DNA of 64,000 nucleotides from contig CAZSTB010000002.1 of NCBI GenBank assembly GCA_964609855.1, positions 15,541 to 79,540 on the forward strand. The letters are read 5' to 3'. Position 1 is the first letter of the stretch; every line of letters starts with the position of its first letter. This stretch comes from an uncultured Bdellovibrionales bacterium. GTDB taxonomy: Bacteria; Patescibacteriota; Minisyncoccia; Moranbacterales; GWC2-37-73. Positions 1 through 9,059 of this stretch are shown here, piece by piece. The position numbers and the translations under genes were made by a program. The notes beneath the pieces were generated by a model, which saw only the letters and a program-made list of their open reading frames with translations, was not told the origin of the DNA and made no database searches.

Positions 1-236
1 GCGAGGTCAGTTGCCATTGAAGAAGTTGAAATAGCAGCTCCGCATCCCAATGTTTCAAACTTAACATCTTTAATTATCTCCTTGCCCTGTTTGTTTTTTT
101 TAACCTTGATATACATACGCATGATATCTCCACATTTTGGATTTCCGACAGTTCCCATTCCGTCTGGATTCTTCATGCTTCCTTGATTATGCGGCTTAGT
201 AAAGTGATCTAAGACTTTTTTTGAATATTTTTGCAT
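1..236 (-). CDS. iscU: Fe-S cluster scaffold IscU/NifU-like (3' end runs off window)
   Basis: Manual translation from ATG at 236: MQKYSKKVLDHFTKPHNQG...VGNPKCGDIMRMYIKV...DVKFETLGCGAAISTSSMATDL, which contains the IscU motifs; lies downstream of iscS. Confidence 0.93.
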   Translation of the reverse strand, partial: MQKYSKKVLDHFTKPHNQGSMKNPDGMGTVGNPKCGDIMRMYIKVKKNKQGKEIIKDVKFETLGCGAAISTSSMATDL

Positions 237-246
237 AATTATAATT

Positions 247-329
247 TATATAAACATGTTAGCATTCAAGCATTTAAACATTGAATGTATTTATGTTCGT
301 ATGTTAACATGATAAAATGTTAAAATGAT
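247..329. repeat. 8-nt periodic degenerate tandem repeat with fold-back symmetry
   Basis: aaacatgt tagcattc aagcattt aaacattg followed by aatgtatt tatgttcg tatgttaa catgataa aatgttaa. Confidence 0.6.
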
Positions 330-1553
330 TTATTGGAAATCAGCTAGCACATTGCCTGAAATTTTTCTAAGACGCTTAACAACTTCTTTAAGTTTTTCAA
401 TTAAGATGTCCAACTCTTTTTTTGTTGTATATTTTCCCAGTGTAACTCTGAGGCTGCCGTGGGCTTGCTCATGCTTGAGTCCGAGCGAAAGTAATACATG
501 AGAAGGGTCTAATGCGCCAGAGGAGCAGGCAGAGCCTGTGGAGGCAGCGATTCCATCTAAATCTAGTGAAAGTATCAAACCTTCACCCTCAACATCGTCA
601 AAGCGGAAATTAGCGTTATTGGGAGAACGTTTTTCTTGGCTGCCGTTCAAGTATGATTTTGGAATTTCTTTAAGAACCCGCTTAATGAGATAATCCCGCA
701 ATTCCTCAATTTCTTTAATTTTTTTAGCGGTCGCAGGAGTCTTTATCAAGTTAATTGCCTCCCCTAAACCGACAATTGCTGGCACGCTATGTGTTCCTGC
801 TCGCAGTCTGTATTCTTGATCTCCGCCATCCTGAACCCTTTTTATAGGAGTGTTTTTCCTGACATACAAAAGGCCGATACCCTTAGGGCCATAAATCTTA
901 TGTGCCGACATGGAGAGTAAATCCACGCCTAAGTAATCAACATCGCAATTAAAATAATTTATCGCTTGGGTAGCATCGCTGTGAAAGATGATTTTCGGTT
1001 GTTTGTTTTGCAGACGTCCTTCATTGATGACTTTAAGCTCTTTTCCAATCTCTGCAACCGGCTGTAGCGTTCCAATCTCATTATTGACATACATAACACT
1101 TACCAAGATAGTGTTAGGTTTAATCGCGGCTTTAATGTCCTTTATTGAAATCAAACCGTTTTTATCTGGAGCAATAAATGTCACTTCGGCAAGACCATCT
1201 TTTTCAGCAAATTTGCATGCATCAAGAACACAGTGATGTTCAAATTTTGTTGTAATAATGTGTGGTTTTTCGCCTTCTTTTCTGGAAATTGAATAGAAAG
1301 ACCTAAGCGAGCCTTTTACAACGAGATTATTACTTTCTGTAGCGCCAGATGTAAAGATGATTTCAGATGGCGATGATCTGAAGAAAAGTGCCGCTTTAGC
1401 TCTAGCAGTATCAACAGCTTCCAGCGCATCTTGACCGAATCCATGAACACTCATAGCATTACCGAAATTCTCATTGAAAAACGGTAGCATTATTTCTAAA
1501 ACTTTTTTATCAACAGGTGTCGTTGCCGCGTAATCGAGGTAAATTTTTTTCAT
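330..1553 (-). CDS. iscS: Cysteine desulfurase IscS/NifS
   Basis: IYLDYAATTP, FTSGATESNN, SAHKIYGPKG (PLP Lys), STGSACSS (catalytic Cys). Confidence 0.96.
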   Translation of the reverse strand: MKKIYLDYAATTPVDKKVLEIMLPFFNENFGNAMSVHGFGQDALEAVDTARAKAALFFRSSPSEIIFTSGATESNNLVVKGSLRSFYSISRKEGEKPHIITTKFEHHCVLDACKFAEKDGLAEVTFIAPDKNGLISIKDIKAAIKPNTILVSVMYVNNEIGTLQPVAEIGKELKVINEGRLQNKQPKIIFHSDATQAINYFNCDVDYLGVDLLSMSAHKIYGPKGIGLLYVRKNTPIKRVQDGGDQEYRLRAGTHSVPAIVGLGEAINLIKTPATAKKIKEIEELRDYLIKRVLKEIPKSYLNGSQEKRSPNNANFRFDDVEGEGLILSLDLDGIAASTGSACSSGALDPSHVLLSLGLKHEQAHGSLRVTLGKYTTKKELDILIEKLKEVVKRLRKISGNVLADFQ

Positions 1554-1568
1554 CCTTATAATATTTTT

Positions 1569-1655
1569 GTCATTCTCGCGAAAGCGGGAATCCAGTTGTA
1601 ATTTAAATCGCTAGAAATAAATACGGGCTGGATCCCGGATCAAGTCCGGGATGAC
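1569..1655. repeat. Bipartite palindromic repeat element (REP/RPE-like, GTCAT...ATGAC)
   Basis: GTCATTCTCGCGAAAGCGGGAATCCAG ... CTGGATCCCGGATCAAGTCCGGGATGAC; two hairpins and complementary ends. Confidence 0.85.
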
Positions 1656-1668
1656 AATGAAGAAGTTA

Positions 1669-2058
1669 TTATTTTACTAAATCGTTTAATTTAATTTTAT
1701 TTAAAGTCTTTTTTATCTGAAGTCCTAGTGTAATCCAAACAATACTAGAAGGACACTTGTGTTGACTTGCGCAAAACTTTCCAGCGCATCTCATTGGAGC
1801 AATCTCTCCATCAAGAATTTCAATTATTTCATCCACGGAAATTTTCTTCGGCTCTCGCACTAGAACATACCCGCCCATTTTACCCTTTGTACTTTCCACA
1901 ACATTTCCGTCTCTCAATTTTCCCATCAGACGTTCGAGATATTTTTGCGAAATCGCTTCCTCATTTGCAATCTCACCGATTGATTTCTGATTTGGATAAC
2001 ACTGAGCCAAGTTGGTCATTGCTTTGAGGCCATATTCGGCTTTTGTTGAAAATCGCAT
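1669..2058 (-). CDS. Rrf2-family regulator (IscR-like)
   Basis: MRFSTKAEYGL..., ISQKYLERLM, GKMGGYVL; three Cys (RCAGKFCASQHKCPS); first gene of the iscS-iscU run. Confidence 0.92.
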   Translation of the reverse strand: MRFSTKAEYGLKAMTNLAQCYPNQKSIGEIANEEAISQKYLERLMGKLRDGNVVESTKGKMGGYVLVREPKKISVDEIIEILDGEIAPMRCAGKFCASQHKCPSSIVWITLGLQIKKTLNKIKLNDLVK

Positions 2059-2074
2059 ATATATTTTGATGGTT

Positions 2075-2153
2075 GTCATCCTGAACTTGTTTCAGGATCT
2101 CGTTCAGGCTTGTTTGCCCCCTTCTGAATTCCAGATCTCTTGTACAGCATGAC
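2075..2153. repeat. Palindromic repeat element (GTCAT...ATGAC family)
   Basis: GTCATCCTGAACTTGTTTCAGGATCT ... AGATCTCTTGTACAGCATGAC; the left arm recurs inverted at 10465-10490. Confidence 0.8.
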
Positions 2154-2162
2154 AATGCTTAT

Positions 2163-2219
2163 TAATCCCTACTTATTTAGTATGCTTTAAATATATCCGA
2201 TACTTAAATTGCTGTCAAC
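2163..2219 (-). promoter_or_regulatory. Promoter of rrf2-isc operon with putative Rrf2/IscR operator
   Basis: Minus-strand TTGACA...TATATT followed by the imperfect palindrome AAGCATACTAAATAAGTAGGGAT (ACT-N5-AGT core as in IscR type-1 sites). Confidence 0.45.
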
Positions 2220-2295
2220 TGTTGCTTGTTTTCTATTAAAATGGTAGTATTTTATGAAGTTGTTTGTTACCACCAACCAAAAGGAGAGTGATCTA

Positions 2296-2679
2296 ATGAA
2301 AGGCGATAATGAGGCATTTGAAACCCTAATGCAAGAAATGTTGAACAGAAAGTTCGTTATTTCGCGTGTTGATTCTTTTGTAGATGTATTCACTGCTTAC
2401 AATAAGAACTACTGGGAAAGAAATACACTTATCATAGTGCAAGTAAGCAGAGAGGGAAACATCCTAGTGCTCTTAAGCGGTACCTCCATCAGGAATCTCA
2501 GTCAAAAGCAAATAGATGCAGTGATGTGTGAATATATGGAACATTTCGACCTAAATGATGATGGCCAACTGCTCCATGTCATGCACCTTGATGCCAATGA
2601 TGCCCCTGATGCACGCGAGATTGATCGCGTAGCCAACATAACCACAAGAGCATACAGCCTTGCGGCAACAAACGGTTAA
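2296..2679 (+). CDS. Hypothetical protein (orphan unit with SD and own terminator)
   Basis: ORF; AAGGAG ahead of ATG 2296 favours this start over 2254; hairpin terminator follows. Confidence 0.65.
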   Translation: MKGDNEAFETLMQEMLNRKFVISRVDSFVDVFTAYNKNYWERNTLIIVQVSREGNILVLLSGTSIRNLSQKQIDAVMCEYMEHFDLNDDGQLLHVMHLDANDAPDAREIDRVANITTRAYSLAATNG

Positions 2680-2704
2680 CACATAATACGGTGTTTTCAA
2701 AATC

Positions 2705-2737
2705 AAAAGGTCGGTAGCAATTTGCTCCTGGCCTTTT
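2705..2737 (+). terminator. Intrinsic terminator
   Basis: AAAAGGTCGGTAGCAA TTTGCTCCTGGCCTTTT hairpin. Confidence 0.65.
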
Positions 2738-2828
2738 ATCTTGCCCTCCATCCCCTATTTGTTATAATGAATAATAAGTAAAAATAACCTAAAAGCTAGA
2801 GGCTAACTACTGAAAGCAAATTTAATCT

Positions 2829-3959
2829 ATGCGAATTTCATATTCAGCGCTCGAATCATTTAAAAATTGCTCCCTGAAATACAAATTTCAAAATATTGAT
2901 AAGATTAAAGAACCGAAATCCAAGGAAGCAGTTTTTGGAACACTTATTCATGCAACCTTAAAATTCATTCACGCGCCGCAACTTATTCCGCCAAAATTAG
3001 AGGAAGCTTTAGATTATTTCTCCAAAAACTGGAACAGTGATGTTTTTGAGGATGAGTTGGAAGACAGAAATGCTTTTGCACAGGGTGTGGCCATTATCCA
3101 GGATTATTATAAAAAAAATAACCCGTCAGATTTCACAATCGTGGATCTTGAGAGTCGTTTTCAGATAGAAATTGAGGACAAGGAAAGGCATTCTTCGCAT
3201 ATAATCTCGGGTATTGTCGATCGCATAGATAAAACTGAGGACGGATATGAGATTATCGATTATAAGACTACTAAGAAAATGCCTTCACAGGAAAAAGTGG
3301 ACGAGGATCTTCAGCTTTCCGTTTATCTGAATGCATTTTTAGCTCGCTATCCCAAAGAAGCTGACAAATTGGATAAAGTTACGGTAAGTCTATATTATCT
3401 CAAGCATGGCGTAAAATTGAGCTCTACAAGAACCTTAGCACAATTACAAAATGCCAAACAGCTTTTCTTGGACGTAATTGCGGAAATAGAAAAGGGAGAA
3501 TTTGTTCCAAATGTTACACCACTGTGTGATTGGTGCGGTTTTCAAAAATTTTGTCCGATGTGGAAGCATAAATTTAAAGATGAACGAAAAATTGATACCG
3601 AGGAGGTAAACGCCGCAATCAGCGACTACATCAACTTAAAGTCTGCCATCACATCCACGAAACTGCAGCTCATGCAGCTTCAGGAAAAAATTGCGAAATA
3701 TATGGAACAAGAGGGTGTAGAACGGGTCTTTTCTGAAGAAGGTATAATTGCGCAAACTTTGCGTAAAACCTATAAGTACGATGAGAAACAATTGAGAGAA
3801 ATTCTTGAGCCCATAGATAAATGGGAATCTGTCTTGAAAGTTGATGGCATAGCGCTTAAAGGAATTATGGGTGTGCTTTCGCCAGGTGTCAGACAAGATG
3901 TTGAAAGAGCAAGAGTTTTAGATAAACAGTCTAAGAGCTTGACTGTAAAGAAAAAATGA
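2829..3959 (+). CDS. PD-(D/E)XK nuclease, RecB/AddB/Cas4-like, probable 4Fe-4S
   Basis: ISYSALESFKNC, FGTLIH, GIVDRID, IIDYKT, QLSVY, and C-terminal CDWCGFQKFC completing a 1+3 Cys set. Confidence 0.88.
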   Translation: MRISYSALESFKNCSLKYKFQNIDKIKEPKSKEAVFGTLIHATLKFIHAPQLIPPKLEEALDYFSKNWNSDVFEDELEDRNAFAQGVAIIQDYYKKNNPSDFTIVDLESRFQIEIEDKERHSSHIISGIVDRIDKTEDGYEIIDYKTTKKMPSQEKVDEDLQLSVYLNAFLARYPKEADKLDKVTVSLYYLKHGVKLSSTRTLAQLQNAKQLFLDVIAEIEKGEFVPNVTPLCDWCGFQKFCPMWKHKFKDERKIDTEEVNAAISDYINLKSAITSTKLQLMQLQEKIAKYMEQEGVERVFSEEGIIAQTLRKTYKYDEKQLREILEPIDKWESVLKVDGIALKGIMGVLSPGVRQDVERARVLDKQSKSLTVKKK

Positions 3960-4011
3960 TTCAGATCAATTGATTCCTTAACAATGCAATATTATCTCAA
4001 GGGGGTGTACA

Positions 4012-4419
4012 ATGTCTAAGCGCATCAAAAAAAGAAAATGTAGGAGTATGACGTTTAGAAGGATAAGAACTGGCAAGAAAAGAACAGTAAAGCAACAGGA
4101 AATTATTCAAGAAAAAGACTACAGGTTTATTTATCGTAAAAAATATTACTTTAACTACCTTTTATTTCCATTGCTCATTGTTCTTATTTTTGTAGTTTCT
4201 GCCAACAAGACTTCATCTGGCTTTTTAACTTCCATGAAGCTTCTGGCACTTTCCGCAATGGGCTTTTCGATTTATATGAATTATCTGAATCGTGTAAGGA
4301 AAGATAAGGTTAACAATCTGATAAATTTCGAATTAGCGGCAACGATTACGACTTTTATAAGCTATTTCGGATTAGCCTGTAGCGCCATATTGATTGCCTG
4401 TATTATCATTTTTGCGTAA
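4012..4419 (+). CDS. Hypothetical membrane protein (3 TM, basic N-terminus)
   Basis: ORF with hydrophobic segments; SD AGGGGGTG; boxA-like TGATTCCTTAACAAT at 3971-3985. Confidence 0.65.
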   Translation: MSKRIKKRKCRSMTFRRIRTGKKRTVKQQEIIQEKDYRFIYRKKYYFNYLLFPLLIVLIFVVSANKTSSGFLTSMKLLALSAMGFSIYMNYLNRVRKDKVNNLINFELAATITTFISYFGLACSAILIACIIIFA

Positions 4420-4535
4420 CAATTTTTTGAAGATTACTAAAATTAAGAGGTCTGATGATAAAGGTTTAATTTCCATTATTTGACCAAGCTAAATTAGATA
4501 AGAAAACTAAGAGGCACTCGCCACTAGTGAGCAAC

Positions 4536-4565
4536 AAAAAAAGCTGATCAACTGATCAGCTTTTT
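4536..4565. terminator. Bidirectional intrinsic terminator
   Basis: AAAAAAAGCTGATCA AC TGATCAGCTTTTT between convergent genes. Confidence 0.8.
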
Positions 4566-5274
4566 AAAATTTCACATATTTCTCCCAACATTCATACAGA
4601 GCCTTGGTGGCTCGCAGATCGCCCACGTTGTAGCGCGCAATATCTAAAAATCTTTGCTCTTTAAAAAGCATTCCTACATCATCTCCGGTAATCCCTTCAT
4701 TCTTTGGACTCTTAATACCAAATGCTCGCGACCAAAGATGCAGATTCCCTTTTCTTCTCACGCTCCCATAAAAAGTTAATTGATCAAGTAAATCAACATG
4801 TCTAGCATTTCGTGGCTGACTGGTGAGATAGCGATTTGCCATCAAATTCTTCGTAGGACGAATACCGCAAATCGCACTTCGCACCGTTAAAAATGGAACA
4901 TCAAATCCCCGTCCATTAAAGCTAATGAACTCGTCATATTTTTCAACCAGATTCCAGAATTGAACAAGCATTTCTTTTTCACCCAAAACTCGATACTTTA
5001 TATTGCCCTCATCGAAATTGGTAATATTGCCGTCAGGTGCCTGGAAATAAACGATGCCCTTATCTCTCTCAATATCGTAAACACCAATTGCCACAATTTG
5101 TCCTGTAAGCGGAGAAAAACCTAGACCGTTTTTTACTTCTGTTAGGCTCTTTTCATAGTCTTCTTCACCTTCAGATTCTTTTTTTATCCAACGGGTAAGA
5201 ACATCTTGAGTCGTCTGATCAAGCGTGTCAAAATCTTCCCCAATTGTTTCGATATCAAAAACTATCTTTCCCAT
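4564..5274 (-). CDS. DEDDy 3'-5' exonuclease (stand-alone PolB-exo/RNase H-like)
   Basis: IVFDIET, SFNGRGFDVPFL, HVDL, YNVGDL motifs. Confidence 0.88.
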   Translation of the reverse strand: MGKIVFDIETIGEDFDTLDQTTQDVLTRWIKKESEGEEDYEKSLTEVKNGLGFSPLTGQIVAIGVYDIERDKGIVYFQAPDGNITNFDEGNIKYRVLGEKEMLVQFWNLVEKYDEFISFNGRGFDVPFLTVRSAICGIRPTKNLMANRYLTSQPRNARHVDLLDQLTFYGSVRRKGNLHLWSRAFGIKSPKNEGITGDDVGMLFKEQRFLDIARYNVGDLRATKALYECWEKYVKF

Positions 5275-5385
5275 AAATTGAATTTTCTTAATTATAGCAT
5301 ATGATAGCTATTGTTTTCATTTTTGTGGTAAAATGTGGATGACTTTTTTGTTCTTACACAAGTGAATCATACAAGGAGATGAATC

Positions 5386-5967
5386 ATGGTAAACCTAATG
5401 GAAGATATTAGAATGTGGTACTCATTTTTGAGCAATTCCCCGGTTTCAATCGTAGCAAAAAAATATTTTTTCGATGGCAAGAGCTACGTAGGCGGTGAGA
5501 TAGTTCGCGCCAGTCACGCAAAAGCTGAACATCATGATAGAAAAATTGAAGAAATTCTTGGTCTTACAGATTTTGATTTATTGCCGCTAGAACAAGCTAA
5601 TAAGATTCTTGCGGATGATATTCAAGTCATGCTAACTAAGAAGCCTATTAAATATAGGGTTGAAAGCGTTACGCATAAAAACGGTAAAACCGTTTGGAAA
5701 TCGGTATCAAAGTGGCCAATGATGCACGGAGATTTTCCCTACGGTGTGCTTGGTATTTCCATCGATATCACCGAGCAGGTAGAAACAGAAGAACGTTTAA
5801 AACTGCTCAATGTTCAGGTTGAAAAATTACTTTTCACGATCAAAGCACCTCTTGAAAAGTTAGATTTAATCCTAAGGAAATTACGGTGTCAAAAATTTGA
5901 ATTTGCAAAAAGGATTTCTGAAGCCGTTAATCTTATCAGGGCAATTGAAAAAAAGAATCAGGTTTAA
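5386..5967 (+). CDS. Stand-alone PAS-domain protein with C-terminal coiled coil
   Basis: EEILGLTDFDLLP...VSKWPM...GVLGISIDITEQ (PAS/PAC signature); SD AAGGAG. Confidence 0.8.
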   Translation: MVNLMEDIRMWYSFLSNSPVSIVAKKYFFDGKSYVGGEIVRASHAKAEHHDRKIEEILGLTDFDLLPLEQANKILADDIQVMLTKKPIKYRVESVTHKNGKTVWKSVSKWPMMHGDFPYGVLGISIDITEQVETEERLKLLNVQVEKLLFTIKAPLEKLDLILRKLRCQKFEFAKRISEAVNLIRAIEKKNQV

Positions 5968-5984
5968 CTGCTTTCTTATCATGG

Positions 5985-6014
5985 AAAACAGCCTTTCAAA
6001 TGAAAGGCTGTTTT
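5985..6014. terminator. Intrinsic terminator (bidirectional)
   Basis: AAAACAGCCTTTCA AA TGAAAGGCTGTTTT. Confidence 0.85.
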
Positions 6015-6101
6015 AAAAAGTTTATTTTTTGAATTGGCAACAATGTAAAAGTTTTGTACCGCTAAAAGGGTCCGATGCTCGCCCAGGCTCTTAATACCTT
6101 T

Positions 6102-6794
6102 TTATTTAATCGTCGTACCAATGAATTTCTCTTCGTCTAGATACTTTTTGAAATTATTTAAATTTTTACCATTCAAGATTACCACTTCCATTCCCTCTTG
6201 GCCTGCCATCTTTGAAGCTACTGGATCAAAGGGAAGATTTGAACTTGGGTTCCATTCATCACCGACTATTTTTTGAAATTCTGGCCAGGAGATATTTTCA
6301 ATCTTCTTAGCATCTTCATTAAATCTCGGGTCTTTATCACAGACATAGTCAATATTGGAAAGATTTGCAATTTTAGTTGCGCCAAATTGCTTAGCTAACA
6401 AAACCGCAATGTAATCAGTAGAATTTCCTGGTCTATATCCAGCTGCAATCAAGATGGACTCCTTTGCCTTCAGAAAACTTTCCAAGTCGTAAGGATTTTT
6501 ATTGATTGTTGGATGAGCGTGCTTCTTGAAGATAGTTCGTAAGAAATGTGCATTTAGTCTGGTCGCATGGATTCCTATCCAATCCTTGTCTTCACTATCG
6601 ATGTTGCCAATCTGCACACCAGCTTCAACATACTTTCTAGCAAGTCTTCCGCCACCAGTAATGATAATGAACCTATAACCGTTTTCGATTTCTTGCTCAA
6701 TTAGTTGTTTGAAATCCTTAACAAATTGCCAATCAATCTCTTCCGGCACAATAAGCGACCCACCAAGTGAAATGATAACTGTTTTTTTATTCAT
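6102..6794 (-). CDS. pyrH: UMP kinase, archaeal-type
   Basis: ISLGGSL, ITGGGRLARKY, DWIGIHATRLNA, PGNSTD, PFDPVA. Confidence 0.9.
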   Translation of the reverse strand: MNKKTVIISLGGSLIVPEEIDWQFVKDFKQLIEQEIENGYRFIIITGGGRLARKYVEAGVQIGNIDSEDKDWIGIHATRLNAHFLRTIFKKHAHPTINKNPYDLESFLKAKESILIAAGYRPGNSTDYIAVLLAKQFGATKIANLSNIDYVCDKDPRFNEDAKKIENISWPEFQKIVGDEWNPSSNLPFDPVASKMAGQEGMEVVILNGKNLNNFKKYLDEEKFIGTTIK

Positions 6795-6860
6795 TGCAGT
6801 TTAGGAAAAAATATTACTTTTTCAATTTTAGCATCATCGAAACGATGAATCAATTGAGCG

Positions 6861-7562
6861 CTAAATTCTATCTGGATAATTAGAGAATATTCCGTCAACT
6901 CCTATTTTTTTCATTTTTTCTATATCTTTCAGGTTGTTTACTGTATAAACAAACACCTTAAAGCCACTCTTTCTCATCAAATGAATTTTTTTTATTGAAA
7001 CTGCGCTAAGTTCCATATTGATAACATAAGCATTCAATTTGCCAGCAATATCCAAAATATTTTCAAGCCTGTATTTTAAAAATCCTTTAATTCTTCTTTT
7101 GGCTAAAATTCCGATTCTTATTTCGCTATTTATTTGCCGAAACTTTTCAAGCTCATTCCAATTAAAAGAAGAAACGATGAAATCCTCCACTGACCAATTC
7201 TTCTCCGTAATGTATTGCTTGATTATATCAGCAACAGGTTTCACACAATCGCAGCATTTAAGTTCAATATTTACTTTTACGCGCCTATTGATTAAATTCA
7301 AAACCTCAGATAAGGTCGGAATTTTTTCGCCCCCACTTACGCTGCATAACTTCAATTCTTTTAGCGAAAAGTCTTTCACTAAACCTCGGCCGTCAGTTGT
7401 TCGGTCCACTGAAAAATCATGAATCACTACGACCTCCCCGTCTCTACTCAATTGCACGTCGAACTCAACCATATCAACCTTTAAATCAATGGCCCTGGAA
7501 AATGATGCAAGTGTATTTTCTGGCGCATAGCCGCAAGCTCCGCGATGTCCAATCTTAAGCAT
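6861..7562 (-). CDS. Glycerophosphodiester phosphodiesterase
   Basis: GHRGACGYAPENT, EFDVQLSRDG, IHD, NIELK, GVDGIFSNYP. Confidence 0.92.
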   Translation of the reverse strand: MLKIGHRGACGYAPENTLASFSRAIDLKVDMVEFDVQLSRDGEVVVIHDFSVDRTTDGRGLVKDFSLKELKLCSVSGGEKIPTLSEVLNLINRRVKVNIELKCCDCVKPVADIIKQYITEKNWSVEDFIVSSFNWNELEKFRQINSEIRIGILAKRRIKGFLKYRLENILDIAGKLNAYVINMELSAVSIKKIHLMRKSGFKVFVYTVNNLKDIEKMKKIGVDGIFSNYPDRI

Positions 7563-7866
7563 TTCTATATTTATTGATGTGTTCATCTGCCTGCGCTTTT
7601 GTTTCATGCAATTTAGTAATTGTTTGATTTATTTCATCCTTGATTCCGAGAAACATTCCCAAGCCTTTCTGAAGTTCATCCAGACCTTTTTGATATTTTT
7701 CTATCACGTCCGTACTCGCATTTTCGCCGACTTGTTTTTCTAGAAGTTCCTGCCCGATTTGCATGTGGTTTTCTATTTCTTCAATTTCTCCATTAATTTT
7801 TTTTAAATCTTGCGCCAGTCTTTCATTTATTTCTTCAAAAGTTTTAGGTTGCTCGCTATTGTCCAT
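7555..7866 (-). CDS. Hypothetical coiled-coil protein
   Basis: ORF tightly packed between neighbours; E/K/Q-rich heptads. Confidence 0.65.
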   Translation of the reverse strand: MDNSEQPKTFEEINERLAQDLKKINGEIEEIENHMQIGQELLEKQVGENASTDVIEKYQKGLDELQKGLGMFLGIKDEINQTITKLHETKAQADEHINKYRNA

Positions 7867-7874
7867 AATTTTTT

Positions 7875-8477
7875 TCATTTCTTTAATGCTAAAGTGAACC
7901 ATTCTTTCCCACGCGAAGTAAATTTGTTCTCATAAACTGTTTTAAATTTCTTGCCAGCTACATTTTTGATATCCTCTGGTAAATAATAATAGAAGACTCG
8001 TTTTCCGTATTCATCATCTTTTATCACCTCCCTGTATGCACCATATTTCAGAGAGATATAAATAACCCCACCCTTATTTAATTTCTCGTAGATTTGTTGA
8101 AAGATATTCTTAAGAGCTTCTTTATTGAAATGCGAAAGTGATACAAAAGAATAAACTATATCAATTTGCTGCAAGGAAAAAAATTCGAAATCTTCCGCGT
8201 CAATAATAATAAAGCTGCCATGAGGTGCAGTTTGGCGTGCAAGTTTAATCATGGAATATGAGCTGTCGATACCTATATACTGATTTGTTCTCTCTAAAAT
8301 TTCTCTTGCATCCCTACCGTTACCGCAACCGATTTCCAAGACGAAAGGATTGAATTTCCCAACAAAATAAAAAGCTCTATCTATGTCTTCAATGCGAGGA
8401 CCAACACAATTAAATTCCACAGCCATTAAGTCTGCACTTTTGTCGTAGGTTTCTTGTGTGATCAGCTTTTTGTCCAC
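7875..8477 (-). CDS. Class I SAM-dependent methyltransferase
   Basis: VLEIGCGNGRD, GIDSS, LNKGG motifs. Confidence 0.88.
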   Translation of the reverse strand: MDKKLITQETYDKSADLMAVEFNCVGPRIEDIDRAFYFVGKFNPFVLEIGCGNGRDAREILERTNQYIGIDSSYSMIKLARQTAPHGSFIIIDAEDFEFFSLQQIDIVYSFVSLSHFNKEALKNIFQQIYEKLNKGGVIYISLKYGAYREVIKDDEYGKRVFYYYLPEDIKNVAGKKFKTVYENKFTSRGKEWFTLALKK

Positions 8478-8559
8478 ATCGTTGAAATTAAAATTTCATC
8501 TGAAACATTGCTTGATCTGAAACAAATTTATTTTAAAGCTTTTTTGAAAAATATACAAA

Positions 8560-9036
8560 TTAAACTGCATCTCCATTTTCCAAATATGCAACCGTGTTAT
8601 TCTCTAAAGCAAAAAAGCAATGTGGAATCCTTTTTATTTTTCTTGGGCCGAATAATTTCGAGGCTTCTTCCATAGTCACAAATTTGAAATCAAGCAATTC
8701 AGTCTCCTGTAGCCTTATATTGCCAATTTGTTCACTATTCAACATCCCACCAAAAAACACAAACTTCAAATTATCACCTTCAGTAGTTTTACTGTAATCG
8801 AGGCACAGCATTTTCTGGATTTCAATATCTAAACCTATTTCCTCTTTTATCTCACGAATCGCGCCATCCTTTGGGGATTCGCCAGATTCAACAGTTCCGC
8901 CTGGCAAAAGCCATTCGTCTTTATAGTTTGGTTTCACAACCAACATTTTGTTTTCTTCATTCAAAAACAGCACATCTGCCCCCATCGGCTTTTTCGCTAA
9001 ACTATTGTAATAATCCTTTTTTGATAATAATTCCAT
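8560..9036 (-). CDS. NUDIX hydrolase
   Basis: Nudix box GGTVESGESPKDGAIREIKEEIG. Confidence 0.92.
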   Translation of the reverse strand: MELLSKKDYYNSLAKKPMGADVLFLNEENKMLVVKPNYKDEWLLPGGTVESGESPKDGAIREIKEEIGLDIEIQKMLCLDYSKTTEGDNLKFVFFGGMLNSEQIGNIRLQETELLDFKFVTMEEASKLFGPRKIKRIPHCFFALENNTVAYLENGDAV

Positions 9037-9059
9037 AGATTTTATATATTTTATATATT

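Noticed and set aside
2829-3959. Cas4-like protein suggesting CRISPR-Cas
   Set aside because: No cas1/cas2 and no repeat-spacer array anywhere in the window; solo PD-(D/E)XK nucleases are common.
2670-6020. Integron gene cassettes (three orphan ORFs end in ...TAAC, like attC inverse cores)
   Set aside because: No matching GTTRRRY core with attC-type stems, no integrase, the units are not in a contiguous array, and they carry their own promoters and terminators.
6102-6794. Archaeal-type UMP kinase as evidence of recent archaeal HGT
   Set aside because: This type is commonly seen in CPR genomes and its composition matches the native genes.
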